A DNA stretch of 64,000 bases, taken from assembly GCA_965261595.1 (NCBI GenBank), contig CBDHDG010000001.1:1-64000 (forward strand), in the 5' to 3' direction. Position numbers and translations under genes: made by a program. Within the stretch, counting starts at the first letter, position 1; each line of letters starts with the position of its first letter. The notes beneath the pieces were generated by a model. It did not search any database. It saw only the letters and a program-made list of their open reading frames with translations, and was not told where the DNA came from. Shown piece by piece: positions 48,989 through 57,901 of the stretch. Origin of the DNA: a bacterium. Its GTDB lineage: Bacteria > UBA8248 > JACPRG01 > G963555815.

Positions 48989-49729
48989 ATGCTGAAGCGC
49001 CTTAGACATCATATTCGAACGGTCATCGTCGCCGGGCTTCTGGTGATCATCCCGATCTGGGTCACCTTCATGCTCCTCCAGTTCCTGGCAAGACGCCTGG
49101 ATGGGGTGCTGGGGCCGCAGGTCCCCCGGTTTTTCAGTCTCCTGGGTTACCAGGTGAGCGAGATCCCCGGATTGGGGATCATCGTCATGATCGCGGGCGT
49201 CTATATTTTCGGACTGTTCGCGAAAAACCTGTTCGGCCGCCAGGTCGTCAATCTGACCGACCGGGTGTTGGGAAAAGTTCCGATTGTCCGCACGGTCTAC
49301 ATTGCTTCCAAGCAGCTCCTGGAAACCGTGGCGCTTCAACAGGATAACGTCTTCAAGCGCGTGGTCCTGATCGAGTATCCTCGGCGGGGGATGCATTGCC
49401 TGGCCTTTGTCACGTCCGAGGCGAGGGGGGAGGTGCAGGCCGCCACGCAGCGCGACATCCTCAACATCTTCGTCCCCACGACGCCGAATCCGACTTCGGG
49501 GTTTCTCATTTTTCTCCCCAGGGAAGAGGTGATTCCCCTCGACATGAGCATCGAAGAGGGCATCAAGTACGTGGTGTCCGGGGGATTTGTCGTGCCGGCC
49601 TATGCCGGAAAACCCGAGGCCGCCGAACCCGTGATTTCCAATGGAGGGACTTCAAAAGCGGCCCTCCCTCCGACACCCACAAAGCCGGAAACGAGGCCTA
49701 CGGATGGCGAAGAGTCTTCTGCTCGTTGA
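48989..49729 (+). CDS. DUF502 membrane protein
   Basis: VLIEYPR.G, FVPTTPNPTSGF. Confidence 0.9.
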   Translation: MLKRLRHHIRTVIVAGLLVIIPIWVTFMLLQFLARRLDGVLGPQVPRFFSLLGYQVSEIPGLGIIVMIAGVYIFGLFAKNLFGRQVVNLTDRVLGKVPIVRTVYIASKQLLETVALQQDNVFKRVVLIEYPRRGMHCLAFVTSEARGEVQAATQRDILNIFVPTTPNPTSGFLIFLPREEVIPLDMSIEEGIKYVVSGGFVVPAYAGKPEAAEPVISNGGTSKAALPPTPTKPETRPTDGEESSAR

Positions 49730-50534
49730 TGACAGTGTTGCCATTCGGGAAGTCGTCTCCCTGACCTTCGAGACGACCGACCTTACGATCCGAACGGCGT
49801 CCAATATCGATGAGGCCCTGGCCGCCCTGGAGCAGGAGCGGGCCGAAGTCGTCATCGCCGACGCCGACAAGGCCGAGGTCGGCGGGTGGGAGCTCTGCCG
49901 CCGGCTCAAGGACATCCCCGATAACGAATCGATTCGCGTCGTCCTGCTCACTGGGGACGACGATGAAGCGTTCCGTCCGTTGGATGTGGCTCCGGACGCC
50001 CTGGTCTCCAAACCCTTCACCTCGGACGAGCTGTTCAAAGTCGTGGCCGCCCTGATTCACCTGGACCCCAGGCCGGCGGAGCCTGAAGATGAGGCGCCGC
50101 AAGAAGACCCGATAGAGGCCGAGGAACCGGCCATCCCGGCGGAGGAAGAGGAACCACTGAACATAGCGGATTTCGACCTCGAACCGGCCATGCCGCCCCC
50201 CGAGCCCTCTACGCCCTCCCCGAGGACGGAAGAGCCCCTGGACCTCCCGCCGCAATCGCCTCCGGACCCATCGGGCGCCCCCGAGACGGCCGCGGAGACG
50301 GATGACTTGCGGCCGGCCATCAAAACCGCCGTTCGACAATCCCTGTCCAGTGCGCTCGACGGGCTGAATGGGGAGGAGCTTCGCGGGCTCATCGCGGACG
50401 CCATCCGGGACGCCCTGAAGGACATCACGCCCCAACTGGCCGGGCTGGTGGAGCAGGTCGCCCGAGAGGTCGTTCCGGAGCTGGCGGAAATCTGGATCGA
50501 GCGCGAAATCCTACGCCTCAAGGAGGGGCCCTGA
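49704..50534 (+). CDS. RomR-like response regulator (receiver, Pro/Glu linker, C-terminal helix)
   Basis: LLVDDS..KPF receiver; acidic Pro-rich linker; EVVPELAE..I.REI.RL tail; directly upstream of valS. Confidence 0.7.
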   Translation: MAKSLLLVDDSVAIREVVSLTFETTDLTIRTASNIDEALAALEQERAEVVIADADKAEVGGWELCRRLKDIPDNESIRVVLLTGDDDEAFRPLDVAPDALVSKPFTSDELFKVVAALIHLDPRPAEPEDEAPQEDPIEAEEPAIPAEEEEPLNIADFDLEPAMPPPEPSTPSPRTEEPLDLPPQSPPDPSGAPETAAETDDLRPAIKTAVRQSLSSALDGLNGEELRGLIADAIRDALKDITPQLAGLVEQVAREVVPELAEIWIEREILRLKEGP

Positions 50535-50540
50535 TCCCCG

Positions 50541-53387
50541 ATGCTGTCGAAGCGGTATGAACCGCACGCCGCCGAGGCCCGGTGGCTCGATCGGTGGCGG
50601 GAAAGCGGCGCCTTCCGGGGGAAAGACCTCTCCGAGCGTCCCGCTTTCTCTATCGTCATCCCCCCGCCCAATGTCACCGGCTCTCTCCACATGGGCCACG
50701 CGCTGAACAACACCCTCCAGGACATCCTGACCCGGTGGAAGCGGATGGAGGGGTTCAACGCCGTCTGGATCCCCGGGACCGACCACGCCGGGATCGCCAC
50801 GCAAAACGTCGTCGAGCGCGCCCTGTCGGAGGAAGGGACCGACCGCGCCCGACTCGGCCGCGAGGCGTTCATCGAACGGATCTGGAAATGGCGCGAGGAA
50901 TACGGCGGACGCATCCTGCACCAGCTTCGGCGGCTGGGCGCCTCGTGCGATTGGGACCGCGAACGCTTCACGCTGGACGAGGGCCTGTCGCGCGCCGTCC
51001 GGGAGGCCTTCGTCTCCCTGTATGAGGAGGGGCTGATCTACCGGGGCGAGCGGCTGGTGAACTGGTGCCCGCGATGCGGGACGGCCCTTTCGGACGTGGA
51101 GGTCGAGCATGAGGAGGTGAACGGACGGCTGTGGCGCATCAGGTATCCGGCGGCGGACGATCCGGGACAGGGTCTCGTCATCGCGACCACCCGGCCCGAA
51201 ACCATGCTGGGGGACGCGGCCGTCGCTATCCATCCCGAGGACGAAAGACACCGATCCTGGGCGGGCCGGCATCTGATCGTCCCGGGTGTGGGACGAAGGA
51301 TCCCCGTCATCGAAGACCCATACGTGTCACGGGAATTCGGAACGGGCGCCCTGAAGGTGACCCCCGCTCACGACCCCAACGATTTCGAAATCGGCGAACG
51401 GCACGACCTGCCCCGGATCCGGGCCTTTACAGCGGACGCGCGCATCAGCGAAGAGCTGTCCGGGGAGAACGGGCGGATCCCCGAATGGGACCGGGTGTCC
51501 GAGCTCATCGGTCTCACCACCGAAGAGGCCCGAAGCCGAATGCTCCGAATTCTGGAGGACCTGGACGTTCTCCAGGGGGAAGAAACGCATCCGCACGCGG
51601 TGGGACATTGCTACCGGTGCAACACCGTCATCGAGCCTTTCCTGACGCCCCAGTGGTTCGTGCGAACCGGCCCCCTGGCCGAGCCCGCCATACAAGCCGT
51701 GGAGGAGGGACGCGTCCGAATCATCCCGGAGGGGTGGTCGAAGACGTACTTTGAATGGATGCGCAACATCAAGGACTGGTGCATCTCCCGCCAGATCTGG
51801 TGGGGCCATCAGATCCCCGCCTGGTACTGCCTGAAGTGCAACGAAGGAAAATACGTCGCCGCGGCCGCCACGGAAAGTGAAGGCGGCCCGTCTCCGGAGG
51901 GCCGGGGGCGTGAGTTTGTCTTTCTTCCCGGCGCCGTCCCCATCGTTTCCCGCGAAGAACCCGAAGGCTGCCCGGAATGCGGGTCGGAAGACCTCATTCG
52001 GGAATCCGACGTCCTGGACACGTGGTTCAGCTCCGCGCTGTGGCCCTTCTCGACGCTGGGTTGGCCGGACGCCACCCCGTCCCTGAGCACCTTTTATCCG
52101 ACCACCACGCTGATCACCGCGTTCGACATCCTGTTCTTCTGGGTGGCGCGAATGATCATGATGGGGTTGAAACTCATGGGGGACGTCCCGTTCCGCGACG
52201 TCTACATTCACGCGCTCGTCCGGGACGAACAGGGCCGGAAAATGAGCAAGTCCCTCAAAAACGTCGTCGATCCCCTGGACATCATCGACCAGTACGGGAC
52301 CGACGCCTTCCGCTTTACGCTGGCGGCGCTCGCCGCGCAGGGCCGGGAGATCCGCTTTCAACAGGGCCGGATCGAGGGGTACCGGAACTTTTGCAACAAA
52401 CTCTGGAACGCGGCCCGGTACTGTCTGAGCACGCTGGAGGTCGACCGAAACAGCGGCGGAGCGGAATCGAGAAAAGCGGCGCTGGAGGCCGTCAGGAATC
52501 GGGCGGACTTCATCAAACCCGCCGACCGGTGGATCCTGAGCGCCCTGAACCACACCACGGGCGCCGTCCGGGAGGCTCTTTCGGCGTACAGATTCAACGA
52601 CGCCGCCCACGCCCTCTACCAATTTGTCTGGCATCAATTCTGCGACTGGTACCTGGAGGAGACGAAACCCCGTCTGGCCGCCGGGCCGGAGGAGGAAAGG
52701 CGTTTTGTCCGGGCCCTGCTCATCGAGGTGCTGGATTCGGTGCTGCGGCTTCTCCACCCGATCATGCCGTTCATCACCGAGGAGATCTGGTCCCAGCTTC
52801 CGCGCCATGCGGACGACCCGGACCTCCTGATGTCGGCGGCGTTTCCTTCTCCGGATGAGCGCTTCCTCGACGACGAAGCCGAGGAGGGGATGGAGGAATT
52901 CATCCAGGCCATCACCCGAATCTTGAACATCAAGGGCGAGAACAACATCCATCCCGCAAAGAAAATCCGTCTGATGGTCCGGAAGTTCGATGGGCGGCGA
53001 TCCCGCTCCGGTTGGGAGGTCTTCGAAGCGGAATCCGAATTCTTCCACGCGGCCACGAACATCCGGGACATCTCTTACCTGGACGACGGACAGCCGCATC
53101 CGGCCGTTTCGGCGACCGACACCACTTCGATGGGAGAATGGATCGTTCCCCTCGAGGAATTGATAGACGATCCGGCCGCGGAACGGGAAAGGGTGCGCAA
53201 GCAGCTCAAAACCGTTCACAAGGACCTGGAGCGGTTGGACAAAAATCTTTCCAACACCCAATTCCGCGAACGGGCGCCCGCCGAAGTGGTGGCGGAAAAC
53301 GAGGCGCGCCGGGAGGCGTTGGCCGACCGCGCCGTCCGACTGGAAAATCAACTCTCCCGCTTTGAACAAATGGGAAACCCATGCTGA
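50541..53387 (+). CDS. valS: Valine--tRNA ligase
   Basis: PPPNVTGSLHMGH, DWCISRQIWWGH, KMSKS, C-terminal coiled coil. Confidence 0.97.
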   Translation: MLSKRYEPHAAEARWLDRWRESGAFRGKDLSERPAFSIVIPPPNVTGSLHMGHALNNTLQDILTRWKRMEGFNAVWIPGTDHAGIATQNVVERALSEEGTDRARLGREAFIERIWKWREEYGGRILHQLRRLGASCDWDRERFTLDEGLSRAVREAFVSLYEEGLIYRGERLVNWCPRCGTALSDVEVEHEEVNGRLWRIRYPAADDPGQGLVIATTRPETMLGDAAVAIHPEDERHRSWAGRHLIVPGVGRRIPVIEDPYVSREFGTGALKVTPAHDPNDFEIGERHDLPRIRAFTADARISEELSGENGRIPEWDRVSELIGLTTEEARSRMLRILEDLDVLQGEETHPHAVGHCYRCNTVIEPFLTPQWFVRTGPLAEPAIQAVEEGRVRIIPEGWSKTYFEWMRNIKDWCISRQIWWGHQIPAWYCLKCNEGKYVAAAATESEGGPSPEGRGREFVFLPGAVPIVSREEPEGCPECGSEDLIRESDVLDTWFSSALWPFSTLGWPDATPSLSTFYPTTTLITAFDILFFWVARMIMMGLKLMGDVPFRDVYIHALVRDEQGRKMSKSLKNVVDPLDIIDQYGTDAFRFTLAALAAQGREIRFQQGRIEGYRNFCNKLWNAARYCLSTLEVDRNSGGAESRKAALEAVRNRADFIKPADRWILSALNHTTGAVREALSAYRFNDAAHALYQFVWHQFCDWYLEETKPRLAAGPEEERRFVRALLIEVLDSVLRLLHPIMPFITEEIWSQLPRHADDPDLLMSAAFPSPDERFLDDEAEEGMEEFIQAITRILNIKGENNIHPAKKIRLMVRKFDGRRSRSGWEVFEAESEFFHAATNIRDISYLDDGQPHPAVSATDTTSMGEWIVPLEELIDDPAAERERVRKQLKTVHKDLERLDKNLSNTQFRERAPAEVVAENEARREALADRAVRLENQLSRFEQMGNPC

Positions 53388-53549
53388 CCGTATTCGTGCG
53401 CACGCCCCGGTTTCGGACGAATCCTCGGCTGGAGCCCCCGCCCGGGGGGGGAGAGGGGGAAGAAAACCGTCGGTTGCACAACAGAAAAAGATGAGCCGGA
53501 ATTCACATTTTTGGATAACATGAACACCCATGGGTCAGCAGGAGGATGA

Positions 53550-54368
53550 ATGTATCTCGACTACTGGGGGCTTAGCGAGTTTCCTTTCTCGAACGTCCCG
53601 GACAGCCGATTTTTTTATAAGTCCCGGGCCCACCGGGAATCCCTGACCCGGCTCTCCTACCTCTGCACGTACCAACACGGTGCGGGAATCCTGGTCGGCC
53701 CGTTCGGATCGGGCAAAACACTCCTGGGTTTCGTCCTGCTCAACTCCATCAATCAGGAAGACAGGTTTCGCAGCGCCTTCATTCGGAACCCCCGTGTCAG
53801 CCCATTGGAATTGCTTCAACTGATTGCCGGCGAATTGGGCGCCCTGAGCATGCCCCGCAATAAAGCGGAGGCCTTGAAATCCATCGAGACGTGCCTGCAC
53901 AACAACATCCTGGACGGCCGTCACACGATCATCATGATTGACGAGGCCCACTCCATCGAAGGCGAAGACGTGTTCGAGGAGGTCCGCCTGCTGTTGAATT
54001 TTCAACTGGAGGACGCCCATCTGCTCACCCTGATCCTCATCGGACAACCCGGCATCGACGTGAAGGTCGATCGGCATAAACCCCTTTCCCAGCACGTCAA
54101 CCTCATCGTGAATCTCAGCGCGTTCTCTCTTTCCGAAACGGAAGGCTATATCCGGCACCGTCTTCAGGTGGTCGGCCGAAGGGATGAGGTTTTCAACGCC
54201 GAAGCGATGGGCGCCCTCTTTCGGGTCTCCGGAGGCCTGCCCCGAAGAATCAATCACCTCTGCGACAGCTCCCTCCTCGAGGGTTTCCTGGCCGATGCCG
54301 AGCAGGTCGACCGTGAGATCGTCCTGCAGGCGGCCTCCATCAGTCGCAGCCAGCGATCCTCTCCATGA
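53550..54368 (+). CDS. ExeA/GspA-type AAA ATPase
   Basis: Y..YWGL...PF...PD, G..GSGKT, IDEAH, LIGQP, G.PR.IN.LCD. Confidence 0.88.
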   Translation: MYLDYWGLSEFPFSNVPDSRFFYKSRAHRESLTRLSYLCTYQHGAGILVGPFGSGKTLLGFVLLNSINQEDRFRSAFIRNPRVSPLELLQLIAGELGALSMPRNKAEALKSIETCLHNNILDGRHTIIMIDEAHSIEGEDVFEEVRLLLNFQLEDAHLLTLILIGQPGIDVKVDRHKPLSQHVNLIVNLSAFSLSETEGYIRHRLQVVGRRDEVFNAEAMGALFRVSGGLPRRINHLCDSSLLEGFLADAEQVDREIVLQAASISRSQRSSP

Positions 54369-55177
54369 CCGGACTCTCCGAAGCGATTCGCCGCCATCGA
54401 AGAGAGGGCCGTGAAGCCCCCATCCACTGTTTCACGTCCATTGACTCCACCAACGCCGAGGCGCATCGCCTGCTGGAAAACGGGTCGCCGCCGGAAGGAA
54501 CCGCCGTCCTCGCGGATGCGCAAACCGCCGGCAGGGGCCGCGGCGGTCGGTCGTGGTTCTCGCCGCCGGGGGCGGGGCTGTATCTTTCCGTCATCTTTCA
54601 CCCGGGCGGCGCCGCGGCCCCCCACCTTACGCTCGCGGCAGGCGTCGCCGCGGCCACCGCGCTGGAACAGATCGCCGGGCGCGCGCCCACGCTTAAATGG
54701 CCCAATGACCTCGCCTACGACGGCCGGAAGGTCGGCGGGATCCTCACCGAGGCCCGGGCGATCTCGGGACAAATCCAAACGGTGGTGGTCGGAATCGGCG
54801 TCAACCTCCTGCAGCGTCCCGAGGACTTCCCCGCCGGCCTCCGCCCCGCGGCCACATCGGTGGCCGCCGCTACGGGCCGGCAGGTCGACAAGGCGGAGCT
54901 GGCGGCCCGAATCCTGGACGAGCTCGACGCCGGACACCGGCTTTTGGGACGGGACGGATTCGCTCCGGTGGCCGAGGCCTGGAAGCGGAGGTCTTCGACG
55001 CTGGGCAAATCCGTGCGCGTCATGCAGGGGGGGAAGGGGGGGGGAGGCGCCCCCGTGGAGGGCGTCGCGAAAGACCTGGCGGCGGACGGCTCGCTGGTGA
55101 TCGAGACGCCCGCGGGATCGGTTCGGGTGCACGCCGGCGAGGTCGAAGAGATCGGGCGGACAGAATGCTCCTTGTAA
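54365..55177 (+). CDS. birA: Biotin--protein ligase (no N-terminal HTH)
   Basis: DSTN, QTAGRGR, KWPND, KVGGIL. Confidence 0.93.
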   Translation: MTGLSEAIRRHRREGREAPIHCFTSIDSTNAEAHRLLENGSPPEGTAVLADAQTAGRGRGGRSWFSPPGAGLYLSVIFHPGGAAAPHLTLAAGVAAATALEQIAGRAPTLKWPNDLAYDGRKVGGILTEARAISGQIQTVVVGIGVNLLQRPEDFPAGLRPAATSVAAATGRQVDKAELAARILDELDAGHRLLGRDGFAPVAEAWKRRSSTLGKSVRVMQGGKGGGGAPVEGVAKDLAADGSLVIETPAGSVRVHAGEVEEIGRTECSL

Positions 55178-55944
55178 TTGACGTGGGAAACACCCATACG
55201 GTCGCGGGGCTGTTCGAGGGGTCCCAACTGCTGGTCCACTGGCGAGTCATGACCCTCGTCGGCCGAACAGCGGACGAGTTCGGGGTTCTGCTTCGGGATC
55301 TGTTCGGGAACAGCGGCAAGAAAATGGAGGCCGTGAAGGCGGTGACGGTCTCCTGTGTGGTCCCCCCCTTGCTCCCCGTCCTGGAAGATGTCTCGCTCCG
55401 CTTCTTCGGGATCCGGCCCCTCGTGGTCGGACCCGGCGTCAAGACAGGGCTGTCGATTCAGGCCGACAACCCGAAAGAGGTCGGCGCGGACCGTATCGTG
55501 AACGCCGTGGCGGGGATTGCCCGGTATGGCTGCCCCCTGATCGTGGTGGACTTCGGAACGGCGACCACCTTCGACGCCATCTCCCGGGAGGGCCATTATG
55601 TGGGAGGCGCCATCGCGCCGGGGATCTTCATCTCCCTGGAGGCCCTTTTCTCGCGCGCCGCGAAGCTTCCCCGCGTGGAGATCGCCCGGCCGGGACGCGC
55701 CATCGGCCGGGACACCATCTCCAGCATGCAGTCGGGAATCCTGTTCGGTTACGTCGGTCTGGTGAAGGAGCTGGTCGTGCGAATCGGACAGGAGCTTGGG
55801 GGATCCCCGCAGGTCATCGCGACCGGCGGGGCCGCCGAGCTGATCGCGCGGGAAACCGATCTCATCCACAAGGTGGACCCTTTTCTGACCCTGGAAGGCT
55901 TACGCCTCATTCACGAACAAAACGTAAATCCGGATGGACAATGA
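55165..55944 (+). CDS. coaX: Type III pantothenate kinase
   Basis: IDVGNT, VGADR, VDFGTATT, GG.IAPG, ATGG. Confidence 0.95.
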   Translation: MLLVIDVGNTHTVAGLFEGSQLLVHWRVMTLVGRTADEFGVLLRDLFGNSGKKMEAVKAVTVSCVVPPLLPVLEDVSLRFFGIRPLVVGPGVKTGLSIQADNPKEVGADRIVNAVAGIARYGCPLIVVDFGTATTFDAISREGHYVGGAIAPGIFISLEALFSRAAKLPRVEIARPGRAIGRDTISSMQSGILFGYVGLVKELVVRIGQELGGSPQVIATGGAAELIARETDLIHKVDPFLTLEGLRLIHEQNVNPDGQ

Positions 55945-56782
55945 CCCAATCACGGCCTAATGTGCAAACCGAGAATAGATGCTCTGGAAGTATGGTTGCA
56001 GTCGGGGTCTTGTTTCAGGAAAGTTACAGAAAAATCCGCGTTTGCGAGTGCGGCCGGGTGCCGCCATGATTGATTCAGTTGAATTCACCAAGAGACAATT
56101 CCCTGAGTCGTTCCTCGGCGGCGGGGCGGAATCGCCCCAACGGCCGCTCTTTAGCATTGATCTGATGACCGGCGGGTGTAGCCTTGTTTCTCGAAAGCTG
56201 GGGTCTTAAGAAATCGCCGTTCGAAAATGTTCCCGATCCGCTCTTTCTTTATTACACGACCCAGCACAAGGAAGCCTTGTCGCGCATGATTTACGCCGCC
56301 GAATCGAAGAAGGCCTCGGCGATGCTGACGGGCGCGGCGGGATGCGGGAAGACCACGCTTAGCCGGGCCTTCATCCAACACCTCCCCAATGACCAGTACG
56401 ACGTGTCCCTCGTCGTCAATCCCAACTTGTCCCGGGAGGACATGCTCCGGGAGATCCTTTACCAATTCGGCACAAACACCTCGCAACTCACCAAGTCCGA
56501 CCTCCTTCACAGCCTCAATGAACGGTTCGTTCAGAACGTTCAGAAGGAACGCCACACCATCATCATCGTGGACGAGGCGCACTCGATTACGGAAGACCCG
56601 ACCTTCGAGGAGCTCCGCCTTCTTTTGAACTTCCAGATGAACGATCGTTACCTTCTCACCTTGATCCTCATCGGCCAGGAGGATCTTCGTGATCGTTTGG
56701 CCCGGATTCCCCAGTTCGCTCGCCGGATTTCCATCAAGGCCCACCTGGAACCCCTTGATTTCGCAGAAACGATTAAATACAT

Positions 56783-57682
56783 GGGGATTATAAAGGTTTT
56801 GACACTAATTGAGTGAGATGTTGGACCACCAGGGGAAAGAGATCCTGGTGTCGGTGATTGTAACGGAATTCCATCTCCTTCAGGTAGAGGGGGAACCGCT
56901 CTTTGGACACCCCATGATGTTTGATGAGCCTCTCCTTGGCGTAGGCCCAAAAGCCTTCCAGGCCGTTGATGTGCACTTTGCCCCGACTGAAGCGCCGATC
57001 ATGATCCACCCGCAAGTGGCGATAGCCGCAGAACATCAGGGCGTCATAGACCCGGTAGCGGTCGGTGTAGACCACGCTGCCCCGACGGACCAACTTCACG
57101 GTGGAGGCCAAAAGGGTCTGGGCCTTGACGTTGCCGACCGCCTCCACCTTCACCCGGCCGCCCCGCTCCAATATGCCGAAAACAGGGACTTTACCCGCTG
57201 CGCCTCGGCCTCTCTTGCCCTTGCGCTTGCCCCCGAAGTAGGCCTCGTCCGCCTCCACCTCCCCTCGAAGAAGCTCCTGTCCCCCCGGCGTGCCGGCCAC
57301 AAGACTGCGCCTGAGCGTCGTCACGGCCCGCAGCGCTGTCGGATAGCTCACGGCGAGTTGCTGGGCCATCTTGCGGGCCGAGACCTCCAGCTCAAAGAGC
57401 TTCACCACCCAAAGCCACTGCCGGGCCGAGAGGCGAAGTTGGCCCAGCCAGCGGCCCGTGAACGGCCCGAAGGTGTACCGACACCCAGCGCAGCGAAAGC
57501 GCCCCCGCGTGCCCAAAACGTAGCGTTTTCGACCCTCACAACGAGGGCAGATTTTACGCCCGTTTTTCTGACACGCCATGAGCAGATGGCGTCTCGCTGT
57601 AGCTTCCGATTTTACAAGGACTTCAAAGCTCTTCAGGTCCACGACACCAGCCTAATCCGGTGTCATATCTTTTACAATCGCC
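56783..57682 (-). mobile_element. IS1595-family insertion sequence (900 bp)
   Basis: IRs GGGGATTATAAAGGTTTTGACAC and GGCGATTGTAAAAGATATGACAC; imperfect 7-bp flank duplication AATACAT/AATATAT. Confidence 0.88.
56788..57642 (-). CDS. IS1595 (ISXO2-like) transposase
   Basis: Zn ribbon CPRC..CAGC, EADEAYFGG, GRG..GK.PV, YTD, HINGLEGFW, YL.E..FRYN. Confidence 0.92.
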   Translation of the reverse strand: MDLKSFEVLVKSEATARRHLLMACQKNGRKICPRCEGRKRYVLGTRGRFRCAGCRYTFGPFTGRWLGQLRLSARQWLWVVKLFELEVSARKMAQQLAVSYPTALRAVTTLRRSLVAGTPGGQELLRGEVEADEAYFGGKRKGKRGRGAAGKVPVFGILERGGRVKVEAVGNVKAQTLLASTVKLVRRGSVVYTDRYRVYDALMFCGYRHLRVDHDRRFSRGKVHINGLEGFWAYAKERLIKHHGVSKERFPLYLKEMEFRYNHRHQDLFPLVVQHLTQLVSKPL

Positions 57683-57901
57683 AATATATATACTTCCGTT
57701 TACAGAAAGCCGGGGCGACGAAGAGTCTGTTTTCCAAAGAAGCGCTGGAATTCATCTACCAGGCGAGTGAAGGGATTCCCCGCCGGATCAACTCGATTTG
57801 CGACCTTTGCCTGCTGGATGCCTCAAATGCTCAAATCGCTCTGATTAACTCTGCGATCGCCAAAAAAGTGATTCAGGAAGTTTGAACAAAGAGGCGACTC
57901 A

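Larger units (their letters stand above)
56184..57885 (+). pseudogene. Second ExeA-type AAA ATPase, interrupted by an IS1595-family element
   Basis: 5' part to 56782 (..ETIKY); 3' part resumes after 57682 (IYFRLQKAG...GIPRRINSICD); removing the IS and one duplicated copy restores the frame. Confidence 0.88.

Noticed and set aside
9615..53531. Many long antisense ORFs (for example 9615-11687, 39651-41564, 51327-53531)
   Set aside because: Shadow frames of real genes, expected in high-GC DNA, with no recognisable motifs.
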